A DNA stretch of 64,000 bases. Source: an uncultured cyanobacterium. GTDB lineage: Bacteria > Cyanobacteriota > Cyanobacteriia > Cyanobacteriales > CAWUOF01. The notes beneath the pieces are model-generated. The model was not told the origin of the DNA, made no database searches, and saw nothing but the letters and a program-made list of their open reading frames with translations. This document shows, piece after piece, positions 10,295 to 21,667 of this stretch (the stretch's first letter is position 1; each line of letters starts with the position of its first letter). The DNA lies in the NCBI GenBank assembly GCA_963744145.1, contig CAVUSO010000001.1:5120001-5184000 (forward strand). The letters are read 5' to 3'. A program made the position numbers and the translations under genes.

Positions 10295-11680
10295 TTAATC
10301 TAGGGTAGGCATTGATAACACTGGCTCATTTTCCCGATCGATTCCCTTCTCAAAGCCAGCAGCTGCAGCACGAGCGCGACCAGCGTGCCACAAGTGACCA
10401 ACTAAGAAGAAGAAACCCATGACAAAGTGGAAAGAAGCCAACCAAGCACGGGGGGACACATAGTTGAATGAGTTAACATCAGTAATGACACCACCAACTG
10501 AGTTGAGAGAACCCAGAGGAGCATGAGTCATGTACTCAGCAGCCCGGCGAGCTTGCCAAGGTTGAATATCATTCTTAATTTTGTTTAGATCCAGACCATT
10601 AGGACCACGTAAAGGCTCCAACCAAGGACCACGGAAATCCCAGAAGCGCATAGTTTCACCACCGAAGATAATTTCTCCAGTCGGAGAGCGCATCAGATAT
10701 TTACCAAGACCGGTCGGACCTTGAGCAGAAGCGACGTTAGCACCTAAACGTTGGTCACGGATCAAAAAGGTGAGAGCTTGAGATTGAGAAGCTTCCGCAC
10801 CAGTAGGACCGTAAAATTCGCTGGGATAAACCGTATTGTTAAACCAGACAAAGCAAGAAGCGATCAAGCCCATCAAAGACAGAGCGCCTAGACTGTAGGA
10901 TAGATAGGCTTCTCCAGACCAGATGAAAGCACGACGTGCCCAACCAAAAGGCTTAGTCAGGATATGCCAAATTCCACCAGCAATGCAGATAATCCCAATC
11001 CAAATGTGACCACCGATCACATCTTCCAGGTTATTGACACTAACAATCCAGCCTTCACCACCAAAGGGAGATTTGACTAAATAGCCGAAAATAACCAAAG
11101 GATTAAGGGTGGGATTATTAATAATCCGTACATCACCACCACCAGGAGCCCAAGTGTCGTAGATCCCGCCAAAAAACATGGCTTTAAGTACCAACAACAA
11201 AGCTCCACAACCAAGGACGATCAGGTGAAACCCGATGATCGTGGTCATTTTGTTTTTATCTTTCCAGTCATAACCAAAGAAAGAAGAATATTCTTCTAAG
11301 GTTTCTGGACCACGCACAGCGTGATAAATACCACCTAAACCTAAAACTGCTGAGGAAATCAGGTGTAAAACACCAACGACGAAGTAAGGGAAAATATCAA
11401 TTACTTCACCCCCAGGTCCAACACCCCAACCCTGAGTAGCCAGGTGAGGTAATAAAATTAAACCCTGTTCATACATGGGTTTTTCTGGGACAAAATGAGC
11501 GACTTCAAATAAAGTCATCGCTCCAGCCCAAAAGACGATGAGACCAGCATGGGCAACGTGAGCGCCCAACAGTTTACCAGATAGGTTAATCAGGCGAGCG
11601 TTACCAGACCACCAGGCGAAACCAGATGATTCGAGGTCGCGATTACCTGACATGATCGAATTACTAGAGAGCGTTACCAC
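10295..11680 (-). CDS. psbC: Photosystem II CP43 reaction centre protein
   Basis: Unmistakable CP43 sequence ([26 protein letters not shown]); canonical GTG start at 11680 overlapping the end of psbD. Confidence 0.99.
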   Translation of the reverse strand: MVTLSSNSIMSGNRDLESSGFAWWSGNARLINLSGKLLGAHVAHAGLIVFWAGAMTLFEVAHFVPEKPMYEQGLILLPHLATQGWGVGPGGEVIDIFPYFVVGVLHLISSAVLGLGGIYHAVRGPETLEEYSSFFGYDWKDKNKMTTIIGFHLIVLGCGALLLVLKAMFFGGIYDTWAPGGGDVRIINNPTLNPLVIFGYLVKSPFGGEGWIVSVNNLEDVIGGHIWIGIICIAGGIWHILTKPFGWARRAFIWSGEAYLSYSLGALSLMGLIASCFVWFNNTVYPSEFYGPTGAEASQSQALTFLIRDQRLGANVASAQGPTGLGKYLMRSPTGEIIFGGETMRFWDFRGPWLEPLRGPNGLDLNKIKNDIQPWQARRAAEYMTHAPLGSLNSVGGVITDVNSFNYVSPRAWLASFHFVMGFFFLVGHLWHAGRARAAAAGFEKGIDRENEPVLSMPTLD

Positions 11681-12722
11681 GCGGTAATACCTCCTCAGGG
11701 AAGATGAAGTTTTCGTGGGGTTGATCTTGAGGAGCCATCCAAGCGCGGATTCCCTCATTTAGCAGAATATTTTTGGTGTAAAAAGTCTCAAATTCTGGGT
11801 CTTCAGCAGCCCGCAGTTCCTGAGAAACAAAATCATAAGCCCGTAGGTTTAAGGCTAAACCGACAATTCCGACCGAACTCATCCACAAACCGGTAACTGG
11901 CACAAATAACATAAAGAAATGGAGCCAGCGTTTGTTGGAAAAAGCAATCCCAAAGATTTGCGACCAGAAACGGTTCGCGGTCACCATGGAGTAGGTTTCT
12001 TCCGATTGGGTGGGATTAAATGCGCGGAAGGTGTTGGCTGCTTCCCCATCTTCAAATAGGGTGTTTTCTACAGTAGCACCGTGAATCGCACATAACAATG
12101 CTCCCCCTAAGATCCCTGCTACACCCATCATGTGGAAAGGGTTGAGAGTCCAGTTATGGAAACCTTGGAGGAATAAGAGGAAACGGAAGATAGCAGCGAC
12201 TCCGAAGCTGGGGGCAAAGAACCAGCCTGATTGACCCAAGGGGTACATCAGAAAGACGGAGACGAATACGGCGATCGGACCAGTGAAAGCGAGGGCGTTG
12301 TAAGGACGAATCCCAACTAAGCGAGCGATTTCAATTTGGCGCAAGCAAAAGCCGATTAAGCCAAAGGCACCGTGGAGGGCAACGAATGTCCACAAGCCAC
12401 CCAGTTGACACCAACGGACAAAATCCCATTGAGCTTCTGGTCCCCAGAGGAACAATAAGGAGTGTCCGAGACTGTTGGGAGGGGTGGATACAGCAACGGT
12501 GAGGAAGTTGCAGCCTTCTAAGTAGGAAGATGCTAACCCGTGGGTGTACCAAGATGTGACGAAGGTGGTACCGGTCAACCAGCCCCCGAGCGCCAAATAG
12601 GCACAAGGGAAGAGGAGGATACCAGACCAACCCACGAAGACGAAGCGATCGCGTTTTAACCAGTCGTCGAGGACATCAAACCATCCTCGTTCGACTTGGG
12701 CACGTCCAATTGCAATTGTCAT
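11664..12722 (-). CDS. psbD: Photosystem II D2 protein
   Basis: 352 aa, MTIAIGR...[12 protein letters not shown]. Confidence 0.99.
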   Translation of the reverse strand: MTIAIGRAQVERGWFDVLDDWLKRDRFVFVGWSGILLFPCAYLALGGWLTGTTFVTSWYTHGLASSYLEGCNFLTVAVSTPPNSLGHSLLFLWGPEAQWDFVRWCQLGGLWTFVALHGAFGLIGFCLRQIEIARLVGIRPYNALAFTGPIAVFVSVFLMYPLGQSGWFFAPSFGVAAIFRFLLFLQGFHNWTLNPFHMMGVAGILGGALLCAIHGATVENTLFEDGEAANTFRAFNPTQSEETYSMVTANRFWSQIFGIAFSNKRWLHFFMLFVPVTGLWMSSVGIVGLALNLRAYDFVSQELRAAEDPEFETFYTKNILLNEGIRAWMAPQDQPHENFIFPEEVLPRGNAL

Positions 12723-12863
12723 CGGTATTTTTTCAATCCGCTTGGGCAGTGATTTATTTTTGTTTCTGTCGCTCTAAAAATTAAGAGTGTCAGATTCGGT
12801 TTGTACTTGTACTATGATAAACAATACTAAAAAATTTACAATCCGCAAAAATATTTTAATTTG

Positions 12864-13430
12864 ATGAACCCCCAAAACACCTTGATTAGCGATCGCATTT
12901 TCCGGCAAGAAATCCTTGGCTCTCGTCGTTTGAGCAACTACTGTTGGGCTACTATTGTTTCCATCGGTGGGATTGGTTTTCTGTTATCAAGCATTTCTAG
13001 CTTCCTCAAAGTCAACTTGCTCCCCTTAAGTGACCCCACTCAACTCATTTTTTTCCCCCAAGGGTTGGTGATGGGTCTTTATGGATTAGCAGCTTTGTTA
13101 TTGGCACTTTATTTATGGCTCACGATCCTCTGGGATCTCGGTAGTGGTTTCAACGAGTTCAATAAAGAAACTGGACAGGTAAATATCTTTAGGTTTGGAT
13201 TTCCTGGGAAAAACCGTCGGATTGAACTCTCCTACCCCCTCCAAGATGTGCAATCAATTAAAGTAGATATTAAAGAGGGGTTAAATCCACGTCGAGCTGT
13301 TTATTTACTGGTTAAAGGTAGAAATGAAATTCCCCTCACCCGCGTTGGACAACCAATTCCCCTGGCTGATTTAGAAAATCAAGGTGCTCAATTAGCTCGT
13401 TTCTTAGGTGTACCGTTGGAAGGTTTGTAA
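12864..13430 (+). CDS. ycf4: Photosystem I assembly protein Ycf4
   Basis: GSRRLSNY, FFPQG, FRFGFPGKNR and LARFLGVPLEG motifs; divergent from psbD. Confidence 0.97.
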   Translation: MNPQNTLISDRIFRQEILGSRRLSNYCWATIVSIGGIGFLLSSISSFLKVNLLPLSDPTQLIFFPQGLVMGLYGLAALLLALYLWLTILWDLGSGFNEFNKETGQVNIFRFGFPGKNRRIELSYPLQDVQSIKVDIKEGLNPRRAVYLLVKGRNEIPLTRVGQPIPLADLENQGAQLARFLGVPLEGL

Positions 13431-13477
13431 CCAGTTTTTAGTTATGGTGAAATAACTGCTGAATTGGTGAATTAAGA

Positions 13478-14260
13478 ATGGCCTTAAAAATTAGACACTT
13501 AATTGTGTCCTTTTTTATCATCGGTGCGTTGGTATTGGGTGGCTGTAACCCGGTTCAATCGACTTCTCAAAATTCCAATGCGATCGCTGTTAAAACTTCA
13601 GAGGCAACTACATCAGGATTGGCAACTGCTGTCAAGTCAGCTCAGAAGTCTGAAAATAGCTTACCTCGTCTAGAAGGAAAGGCGACAGTAATACTAAAGG
13701 TGAAAGGTGCGCCAATTACGATTGAAGTAGATGGAGATGATGCTCCCATCACTGCTGGTAATTTTGTTGATTTAGTCCAACGCGGAGTATATAACGGATT
13801 AGTATTTCATCGGGTCATCCGTGAACCTGAACCCTTTGTAGTTCAAGGTGGTGATCCAAAAAGTAAAGACCCAAATGTGAAAATTACCCAGCTAGGTACT
13901 GGTAGTTTCATTGACCCTGCAACTGGTCAGCCCCGTCTGATCCCACTGGAAATTAAACCCAAAGGAGCCGATCGTCCAATTTATAGCAAGACTCTCAAAG
14001 ATGCTGGGATTACGGTTGGGCCAAAATTACTCCATACTCGTGGTGCCGTAGCAATGGCTCGCTCAGATTTTCCGGATTCAGCTTCTTCACAATTCTATAT
14101 AGCCTTGGCAGATTTGAATTTTTTGGATGGTGATTATGCTGTGTTTGGATATGTGAAGGAGGGAATGGATGTGGTTGATCAAATTCAGGCAAGCGATCGC
14201 ATTGACTCGGCTAAGGTAATGCAGGGTGCAGATAATCTGAAGGTAGCTGAAAAAAAATAG
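13478..14260 (+). CDS. Cyclophilin-type peptidyl-prolyl cis-trans isomerase (lipoprotein)
   Basis: Lipobox [38 protein letters not shown] and YAVFG. Confidence 0.93.
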   Translation: MALKIRHLIVSFFIIGALVLGGCNPVQSTSQNSNAIAVKTSEATTSGLATAVKSAQKSENSLPRLEGKATVILKVKGAPITIEVDGDDAPITAGNFVDLVQRGVYNGLVFHRVIREPEPFVVQGGDPKSKDPNVKITQLGTGSFIDPATGQPRLIPLEIKPKGADRPIYSKTLKDAGITVGPKLLHTRGAVAMARSDFPDSASSQFYIALADLNFLDGDYAVFGYVKEGMDVVDQIQASDRIDSAKVMQGADNLKVAEKK

Positions 14261-14269
14261 CCCCTGAAT

Positions 14270-15385
14270 GTGCAAATAGTTGTGACTGGAATTGGTCTTG
14301 TCTCGGCTTTAGGTAATTTGGATGTCTCTTGGCAACGTTTATTGGCTGGTGAGTCAGCAATTCAGGTGCGTCAATTATTTGCAGAACTACCACCTCTACC
14401 TATAGCTTTAGTGACAGACATCCCTCAAAATTTAACTGCTTTGACTCACCAGGTGGTAGCATCGGCTCTGCAAGATGCTGGCTTAACTACCCCTCTGCCT
14501 GCTTTTGGAGTAGTAATTGGTTCTAGTCGCTCTGATCAAGCTACCTGGGAACAGTTATTTTTGGGGTCAGAGCAGCTCTCTAGTTGGTTAGATACTTTAC
14601 CTCACATGGCAGCGATCGCGGTAGCGAGACAAATTGGTTCTACTGGACCAGTTTTAGCCCCGATGGCTGCTTGTGCTACAGGTATCTGGGCGATCGCCCA
14701 AGCCGTGGAATTAATCTTAACTGGTCAGTGTCATCAGGTGATCGCTGGTGCAGTTGAAGCCCCAATTACTCCCCTCACTTTAGCTGGATTTCACCAGATG
14801 GGTGCTTTAGCTAAAACCGGTGCTTATCCCTTTGACCGAGATCGGGAAGGTTTAGTGCTGGGAGAAGGGGGTGCTGTTTTTGTTTTGGAATCTGCTGATG
14901 TAGCTCGGAGTCGATCCGCTCCGATTTACGGAGAAGTTTTGCATTTTGGCTTGACAAATGATGCACTTCATGCTATAAAACCCGATGAGTCGAGGAAAAG
15001 TGCTATAACTGCGATCAAACAGTGTTGCGATCGCAGTAAAATTACCTTAGGGGAAATTGACTATATTCATGCTCATGGTACTGGGACAAAACTCAACGAT
15101 CGCCATGAAGCAGATTTAATTCAACAGTTATTTTCCCGAAAAGTGTCGGTTAGCTCGACCAAAGGTGCTACTGGACATACGTTGGGAGCATCAGGAGCTT
15201 TGGGGATTGCTTTTTCTTTAATGACCTTAAGAGATCAGATTTTACCTCCCTGTGTGGGATTGAGGGAATCTGAGTTTAATATAGATTTAGTGACTTCAGC
15301 GAGTCACTGTCGGGTGCAAAAGGTAATTTGTTTAAGCTTTGGATTTGGGGGACAAAATGCGGCGATCGCATTTTCTCACCTCTAG
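14270..15385 (+). CDS. Beta-ketoacyl-ACP synthase (FabF-like)
   Basis: ACATG catalytic Cys, HAHGTGT and GHTLG His residues, SFGFGGQNA; GTG start. Confidence 0.9.
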   Translation: MQIVVTGIGLVSALGNLDVSWQRLLAGESAIQVRQLFAELPPLPIALVTDIPQNLTALTHQVVASALQDAGLTTPLPAFGVVIGSSRSDQATWEQLFLGSEQLSSWLDTLPHMAAIAVARQIGSTGPVLAPMAACATGIWAIAQAVELILTGQCHQVIAGAVEAPITPLTLAGFHQMGALAKTGAYPFDRDREGLVLGEGGAVFVLESADVARSRSAPIYGEVLHFGLTNDALHAIKPDESRKSAITAIKQCCDRSKITLGEIDYIHAHGTGTKLNDRHEADLIQQLFSRKVSVSSTKGATGHTLGASGALGIAFSLMTLRDQILPPCVGLRESEFNIDLVTSASHCRVQKVICLSFGFGGQNAAIAFSHL

Positions 15386-15600
15386 CAGAATAATCTTTTC
15401 TGAGTTAGCGATACTTCTCTGGAAAATAAATATTCTGAAGTGTTATTTAATTATAGAACAAAAAATCAGGGCTTGGGCTACCTAGATTAATCATTTGGAT
15501 CTTAATCAGAGTCTAATCGTAAATAGTTTCAGCGATGGTACTGCAATTGTGCTAATCGCTGAAGATAAAAGTTGCTGAGAAATGATGTAGGGAAACTGAT

Positions 15601-16701
15601 ATGGAGCTTAAATCCCATCGATTTATTAAGTATTTTGGTTCACCGCAAGCAGATTTAATTTGCCAATTGGCTATTATTGAAAACTTTGCTGAACAAAAGG
15701 TAATTTTTGAAGAAGGTGAAATTCCGGATTTTTTATACTTGGTCTTAGCTGGACAAGTAGAATTTAGTAAGCGAGTTGGATTGGAACAATATCAAACAGT
15801 TGCTTTAGCAGGACCAAATGACTTTTTTGGTGAATTTGGTGTTTTAGATGGACAACCACGTAGTACCAGAGCATCTGCTAGTCAAGAAACTATTTTAGCA
15901 AAAATTCCCCGTGATAAGTTGATGGAAATTTTGCAACTTACCAATGGTAGTGTAGTTGTACAATTATTTCGCCATATTATTCAGCATCTGCGCTTAACTA
16001 CAGATCAATATGTTAATCAGATTGTGTACAAAGAAAAAATGGTATCTGTAGGAGAAATGGTTAATACAATTATTCACGATTTTAAAAGTCCTTTTACCAG
16101 TATTACATTAGCTAGTTCAATGCTGAAGGAAATCCATGCTGATGAAGAAACCGCTGAATGGTGCGATTTAATTCAAGCTCAGGTCAATCGAATGTTAGGA
16201 ATGGCTGAAGACTTATTAGCATTTACTAAAGGTAACTCCCATTTATATAAACAACCAGTCAATCTAGCTCTGTTGTTAGAGCAATTTAAAAAATTGAATG
16301 CTATTTATTTTAAAGATACTAAAATCGAATTTGCTTTGCAAGTGGATGATCAGCTCTGGGTGAATGGAGATGAAAGTAAGCTAATGCGGGTTTTGCAAAA
16401 TTTAGTGGGAAATGCGGTAGAATGTTTTGGGAATAGGGGTGGCAGAATTGACATTAAAATTTGGAAAGAGCAGGAATGGGTAGAAATTACGATTGCTGAT
16501 AATGGTCCGGGAATTCCTGAAGCAATTCGAGACCATTTATTTGAATCATTTGTTACCTATGGAAAACGTGGAGGAACAGGTTTAGGAACAGCGATCGCCA
16601 AATCGATTATTGATGCTCATTCTGGACAAATCTCCTTTCAATCACAGTTGGGAGAAGGTACAACATTTCACATTCGTTTACCAATATTAACCATTAACTA
16701 A
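15601..16701 (+). CDS. Sensor histidine kinase with N-terminal cyclic-nucleotide-binding domain
   Basis: FGEFGVLDGQPRS phosphate-binding cassette; IHDFKSP H-box; NLVGNA, DNGPG and GTGLG boxes. Confidence 0.92.
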   Translation: MELKSHRFIKYFGSPQADLICQLAIIENFAEQKVIFEEGEIPDFLYLVLAGQVEFSKRVGLEQYQTVALAGPNDFFGEFGVLDGQPRSTRASASQETILAKIPRDKLMEILQLTNGSVVVQLFRHIIQHLRLTTDQYVNQIVYKEKMVSVGEMVNTIIHDFKSPFTSITLASSMLKEIHADEETAEWCDLIQAQVNRMLGMAEDLLAFTKGNSHLYKQPVNLALLLEQFKKLNAIYFKDTKIEFALQVDDQLWVNGDESKLMRVLQNLVGNAVECFGNRGGRIDIKIWKEQEWVEITIADNGPGIPEAIRDHLFESFVTYGKRGGTGLGTAIAKSIIDAHSGQISFQSQLGEGTTFHIRLPILTIN

Positions 16702-17499
16702 CATTAACACCAGTTACGATATTCCTGATCAGAGTAATCAGCCGTTGATCACCCTGGTGGCAATGTGTATGCAACATTCGGAATACAGCTGCTTTTAAAA
16801 ACGCGCGATCGCTCATACCTATTGACTCATAGTAAATTGCATAATCATTAAGCGCATCTACTAATTCTTGCTCAGAACTAGGCATATTACTACGACGACA
16901 AAATACCTTGAAATGATCTCAGCCAGCTCTTGAATTCCTCGTTCAGCACATTTTTTTCATATCGTTCTCGGATGTGGAATACCTCGTCCCAAGTTATTAT
17001 TTCTTCAGTGTTCGGACTGAACTCAATTTGCCATCGTGGTAGTTGACCATTTTTTCCAGCAAATGGCTGACTGTTATTGAGAGAAAGGCTGATCTCTCCG
17101 TGATTATATGGGTCAAACGACTTGCGACGAGTACCATCTTTCTTAGTCAGAATATCCTGAGCGAGCTTGTAGCGTGAGTTGCATTTATTTCCCATTGGAA
17201 CGAGATTACGCAAATTTGAAGCTGCAAATGGGTATTTGCTTTCTGCAAGGTAATGATCTAGAGCCTCGCGGGGTGTTCCTGGTGCATCAAAATACTCACA
17301 TCCGCAAAATGGACAGGTATGATCGGAAACCGCATCATAAATCGCTTTGTAGTGCTGATCGCGAATTTCCAGCTCTGTGAGAAGTTTAAACGCAAATTCA
17401 AAAAGTTCTTTTACTGGTTGATGAATAGGTTGTGGTAGGTCACTGATAGCGTCACAGTCAAGCTGACAAGATAAGAGAAGAGATATCTCATTTTGATTA

Positions 17500-19079
17500 A
17501 GTAGTCGGACAAAAGTAATAGGTACTGTATTAACTTTTGTAAAACGTATGGGTCAAGCAATAAGCTGGACAAAGTCATCGAAAAATTAGTCCAATCTGGA
17601 GAAGATTGGCCAAAGAAGTGGCTGGACAATGGGAGCAAAAAATTAGACTTATTTTGGTAATTAAGGGGATAAGTGAGGTCGATTTTAGCTTCAAAAAAAA
17701 CACCCTGATTGTGAAATAATTATAGAGCTAACTTAAAAGTTTGAAGAAAATGTCATCTCCTCCTTTGAGAATATTTTTAACATCTGCGGAAAATCAAACC
17801 TTATGGGAATTAAATAGAGCCGAGGGAGTTCCACTAAGAACAAGAGATCGGGCTGCGACCTTGAGATTATCATCAATGGGATGGAAAGTGGAACAGATCG
17901 GCAAGTATCTGAACTGGTCAATTAAGACAGTGAGAGCCACAATACATCGTTGGGAAAAACAGGGATTAGCAGGATTATGGGATGCGCCTCGTCCGGGCAG
18001 GAAAAGAAAATGGAGTCAGGCAGATTTGGCAGAAATTGAAAAAAAACTAGAGACAGAGGAACGAGCTTATAATAGTCGTCAGTTAGTGAAATATCTAGCC
18101 CAGGAAAGGCAAGTAAAACTGAGCCAAAGACAGTTGCGTCGAATCCTCAAAAAAAACTATCGGTGGAAAAGAACGAGAACATCTCTAAAAGGAAAGCAAG
18201 ACCAGGAAAAAAGAGCAACTAAAAGAAATGATTTAGAGATGTTGGAATTCGCGGCAGCCGCGGGTGAAATATGTTTAAAATATTTGGATGAATCAGGATT
18301 TAGCCTGTGGGCTGAACCTGTATATACCTGGGGGAAAATCGGCCAACAGAAACAGATCAAACAGCCTAAAAAGAAAGGGAAAAGATTAAATATATGTGGA
18401 TTTTTGGCCGTGGGAGAAAGCTTTGAATATGGATTAAGTTTTAAGAGTTTTGACAGTAAGAATTATATCAAATTAATGGATTGGCAAGCCGCGCAAGCGG
18501 AAACTAGATTGAAAGAAACGGGCAAAATAACTGTAATTGTCCAAGACCAATATTCCGTTCACGTAAGTAAATTGACGAAGAGCAACTATGATCAATGGGA
18601 AAAACAAGGATTATATATATTCCTATTATCCAGTTACTCTCCCGAATTAAATCTGATTGAAACGGAGTGGGAAAGAATCAAAGAAGATGAATTAGCTGGT
18701 CAAATGTTTGAGAATGAATATGAATTAACCATCGCGGTAAGAGCAGCAATCGAAGCTCGTCAAACTAGTAAGGGCTTAGAAGTAAAAAGATTTAGATTTG
18801 GTGGTCAGCCTAGCCAGGATGAACAAAAATCCTAATCGGGTTTATTCTAGTTCTAGTCAACCGGAAAAATTCCATTAATTGTTTAATGAGAGGCTGAGGC
18901 AAAACTGACCATATTTATAGTTAATAGAAAATCTGGAAATGCAGTTTTCTTACTCTCTAGTGAAACCTATTCAGTTGGACGGAGGGAATACTTTTATATG
19001 CTTTTCTCTGGTAAACTTGTGGGTCAAATTTACTCTTAAATAAAGTTAACATAGTTAACTTTATTTATGTCCGACTACT
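17500..19079 (+). mobile_element. IS630-family insertion sequence (1580 bp)
   Basis: Terminal inverted repeats AGTAGTCGGACA (17500) and TGTCCGACTACT (19068-19079); TA target duplication at 17498-99 and 19080-81. Confidence 0.93.
17750..18835 (+). CDS. IS630-family transposase
   Basis: HTH (DAPRPGRKRK) and DDE motifs YLDESG, VQDQYSVH, YSPELNLIE. Confidence 0.93.
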   Translation: MSSPPLRIFLTSAENQTLWELNRAEGVPLRTRDRAATLRLSSMGWKVEQIGKYLNWSIKTVRATIHRWEKQGLAGLWDAPRPGRKRKWSQADLAEIEKKLETEERAYNSRQLVKYLAQERQVKLSQRQLRRILKKNYRWKRTRTSLKGKQDQEKRATKRNDLEMLEFAAAAGEICLKYLDESGFSLWAEPVYTWGKIGQQKQIKQPKKKGKRLNICGFLAVGESFEYGLSFKSFDSKNYIKLMDWQAAQAETRLKETGKITVIVQDQYSVHVSKLTKSNYDQWEKQGLYIFLLSSYSPELNLIETEWERIKEDELAGQMFENEYELTIAVRAAIEARQTSKGLEVKRFRFGGQPSQDEQKS

Positions 19080-19333
19080 TACGAAGTGCTTGTTGGATTT
19101 GTTCCTGTTGTGCAGGGGACAGTTTTTCTAAAGTTGTCTGGTAAGTAGTCAATCTGTCCCTTAGTCCTGTACGTCTGTGCAGTCTTTTACGGTACTTTTC
19201 TGGAATTATTTCCGGCCATGTTGGCGTTTTTTTTGCTATCTTTAGACTGTTATGGATTGAATGCAAAATCTCGCACAAACATTCGTGGAGCCAGTTTTCT
19301 TCTGTTGCCGAAATGGGATACCCAAAAAGCATC

Positions 19334-20974
19334 CTATACCCTATCTCCCCTATTCGTTAGTTGTCGTAGTCGATCAGCAAGAAATGCTTTCTCGACAGAA
19401 TCACCAAGACGCTTTATCCCTGCCTTGATCTCTTCGGGATTATTACTCTGCATCAATTTGTTAATCTCATCAAGAGGGACTTGTGACATAGGTGGACGAA
19501 CGTTAAAGCATTCCTCAATAATCGTATCGAATGTAGCGCCAAATGTTTGAATATCAGGATTTTTGACTTGAATTTTTCCGGCTTCGTTTTTGCTAAAAAT
19601 AAAAACTTTGTCTCTCTGCATATCTGAGGGGACAAAAGGCGAGTGTGTTGTCAGCAAGCACTCTTGTTCAGGAGCTTTTGAAGATGCTCGGCGATCGCCA
19701 TTTTCTGTAGGCAGATCGAGTATTCGGGAAATAAACTTCACTGACCATTGGGGATTGAAATGGGACTCAGGCTCATCCAGTAAAAAAAGCACATTAGTAG
19801 ATGACAACATACAGAACGTTCCCAGAATCTGCACAAGCTGATGTTCGCCATCAGAAAGCCATTCATAGCCTACCTCTTTACCAGTCCCTTTAGCTTTAAA
19901 TATAACCCGTTTAAATCCGAAGACCTTATCCTCATCTTGAGGTTCTGGAAGACGTGAATCAAATTTTCTTTCTCTAGTCTCTTTCCAAAAGCGCTTGCGT
20001 GTTTCCCTTGGAAGGGCTAAGTCATTTAACATTGCGAGCTTGTGGAATGACGAATATAAATCGAGGGTGTTGTTCCAAAAGGCTCGAAACGCTTCCCTGG
20101 TCTGGTCATTGATCCAATAGTCAAAGGTGTAAGTTTCTGTCTTGTCGTCATAGGTGTAGCAAGTGGCACAGCGTTTGAGATGGTCGAGATATTTTTCCAG
20201 TTCTTTAGTGAGTTGTATTCCTTTTCGGCTGCTTTGTGAACCTCCCCTGCTGAGAAGTTTGGGAACGGCACTATGTGCCAGTTGGACTATACAACGAAAT
20301 GAATGCAGGTCTTGTAGTTGTGCGTCTCGTAGCAAAGCCTCCCACTGGACAACATCACCCAACAAAAGGTTTGCCAAGAGAACCTCAAGACGCGTTCCAT
20401 AATCAATCAGCATTAATCTAGTATCAAAAATAAGTTGATCGCGCATCGCTGCCTTCAATGCTCTTGTGCCCACGTCGTCTGCATATCCACTACGGCTAAC
20501 TAGGAATGGTAGACTGAGCGTTTCGTTATCGCCTGATGTATAGCCAATCACCATTTCAGGCAATAATGTACGAGTCTTAGGATCATTTATGTCGCAGTCT
20601 ATCCAGTCGTATTCCTCTTCATCTCTCCGCTCGATCACAAGAGTTGGACGCTTTCTACCACTAGCTTTTTGTAAAATGCGGATGCGGACAGGTAGCTGCT
20701 CATCCTCTGGGTAAATGAGGTACTCAAGCTCGAATTCCAGGTCAGGATTTCCTTCAAGACGTTCTTCTTTAGGAATACATTTGTGAAACACACATTGAAA
20801 AATCTCTACTAGTACCTGTAAAAACTGAGATTTACCTGCACCATTCAGCCCAATTAGACATAAAGGATCGAACGCGGAATAGTCACTCAATGGACTTCGT
20901 AGCCGTAAGTCAAGTCCATCAAATAATCCACGACGGGTTTTATCTGAAATGATGTGAACTCTTAAAAGTTTCAT
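19334..20974 (-). CDS. Restriction-system-associated ABC/AAA ATPase (PtuA-like)
   Basis: GLNGAGKS Walker A, GYTSGDNETLS, LSDGEHQ signature, LLDEPESH Walker B, TTHSP H-loop; lies between the hsdS remnant and the HNH gene. Confidence 0.88.
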   Translation of the reverse strand: MKLLRVHIISDKTRRGLFDGLDLRLRSPLSDYSAFDPLCLIGLNGAGKSQFLQVLVEIFQCVFHKCIPKEERLEGNPDLEFELEYLIYPEDEQLPVRIRILQKASGRKRPTLVIERRDEEEYDWIDCDINDPKTRTLLPEMVIGYTSGDNETLSLPFLVSRSGYADDVGTRALKAAMRDQLIFDTRLMLIDYGTRLEVLLANLLLGDVVQWEALLRDAQLQDLHSFRCIVQLAHSAVPKLLSRGGSQSSRKGIQLTKELEKYLDHLKRCATCYTYDDKTETYTFDYWINDQTREAFRAFWNNTLDLYSSFHKLAMLNDLALPRETRKRFWKETRERKFDSRLPEPQDEDKVFGFKRVIFKAKGTGKEVGYEWLSDGEHQLVQILGTFCMLSSTNVLFLLDEPESHFNPQWSVKFISRILDLPTENGDRRASSKAPEQECLLTTHSPFVPSDMQRDKVFIFSKNEAGKIQVKNPDIQTFGATFDTIIEECFNVRPPMSQVPLDEINKLMQSNNPEEIKAGIKRLGDSVEKAFLADRLRQLTNRGDRV

Positions 20975-21300
20975 TTCTTAGTCCGAACGAAACACATCGT
21001 CCGCTCCTCTCGATCAAATATCTGCGTAAGACTTGGCTCGGCTTCACTCAGAAGTGCAAACAGAATGTTCTTCAGTGAATCGTAATCATCAGGAAGGTTT
21101 TTGCGGAGTTCATCAAATGAAAACCTGTCCTTGGGTAATTGGTGAATTGCTTCCTTAACAGATTCTTCGGTCATCTTGGTCATAGTTGTTTTTTTAGGAG
21201 TTAGGGATCTATTTGGTTGCGCTGGTTGTGCTGATCGTTCAACGCGAATCCGTTCTAACAGCACCGATGCTGGTTCATCGTTGGGGTCTTGGGATACCAA
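20971..21300 (-). pseudogene. hsdS: C-terminal remnant of type I restriction specificity subunit
   Basis: ELVSQDPNDEPASVLLERIR is the conserved HsdS C-terminal motif; the target-recognition domains are missing. Confidence 0.8.
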
Positions 21301-21357
21301 TTCGCACGGTCTGATTCAAGAATCCCTAATGCCTCTGGCACGCTCTCGCGTTCGCCT

Positions 21358-21423
21358 TTAGAGCATAGGAGTGTCAAAGAGATTCCAGAGTTTGGCGACA
21401 ATATCGTGGGTGATATTAATCAT
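21358..21423 (-). pseudogene. hsdM: N-terminal stub of type I methyltransferase subunit
   Basis: MINITHDIVAKLWNL resembles HsdM N-termini (DIVxKLWNL); a stop follows after 21 codons. Confidence 0.6.
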
Positions 21424-21667
21424 AGATAAATTTATTATACCCCTTGCTCGACTTACCCTGCGGGCTGTTGTTGGATAGATAACGCCAATCTTTTTTGTCA
21501 CAAATCAATAGAGTCAGATTCCATTATTTAATGGTAAAATATCAATGATATTATACCGCGCTCTCTTGATAAAGACTATAATGGTTTTATTTGTTTAAGC
21601 AAATCTATGACGTTAACTAAATATGTTCTTTCTCAGCTACTGCTGAGATATTTTAGGAAGCTTACGG

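Larger units (their letters stand above)
16694..19332 (-). pseudogene. HNH endonuclease (PtuB-like) interrupted by IS630 and a frameshift
   Basis: Removing 17500-19079 and one TA restores the frame ...QQALR|NQNEISLL...CPFCG...LDHYLAESKYP...NLVPMGNKCN; a further +1 shift near 16900 separates the last ~65 codons. Confidence 0.85.

Noticed and set aside
11681..11758. Longer psbC N-terminus from the ORF track (487 aa)
   Set aside because: Lies inside psbD; the canonical GTG start at 11680 gives the expected 461 aa.
17411..17638. 75-aa ORF and neighbouring short ORFs (17174-17380, 17733-17921)
   Set aside because: They straddle the IS end or overlap the HNH pseudogene or transposase in other frames.
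21440..21510. Possible hsdR C-terminal remnant upstream of the hsdM stub
   Set aside because: Only a few codons (QQQPAG-stop); too short to support.
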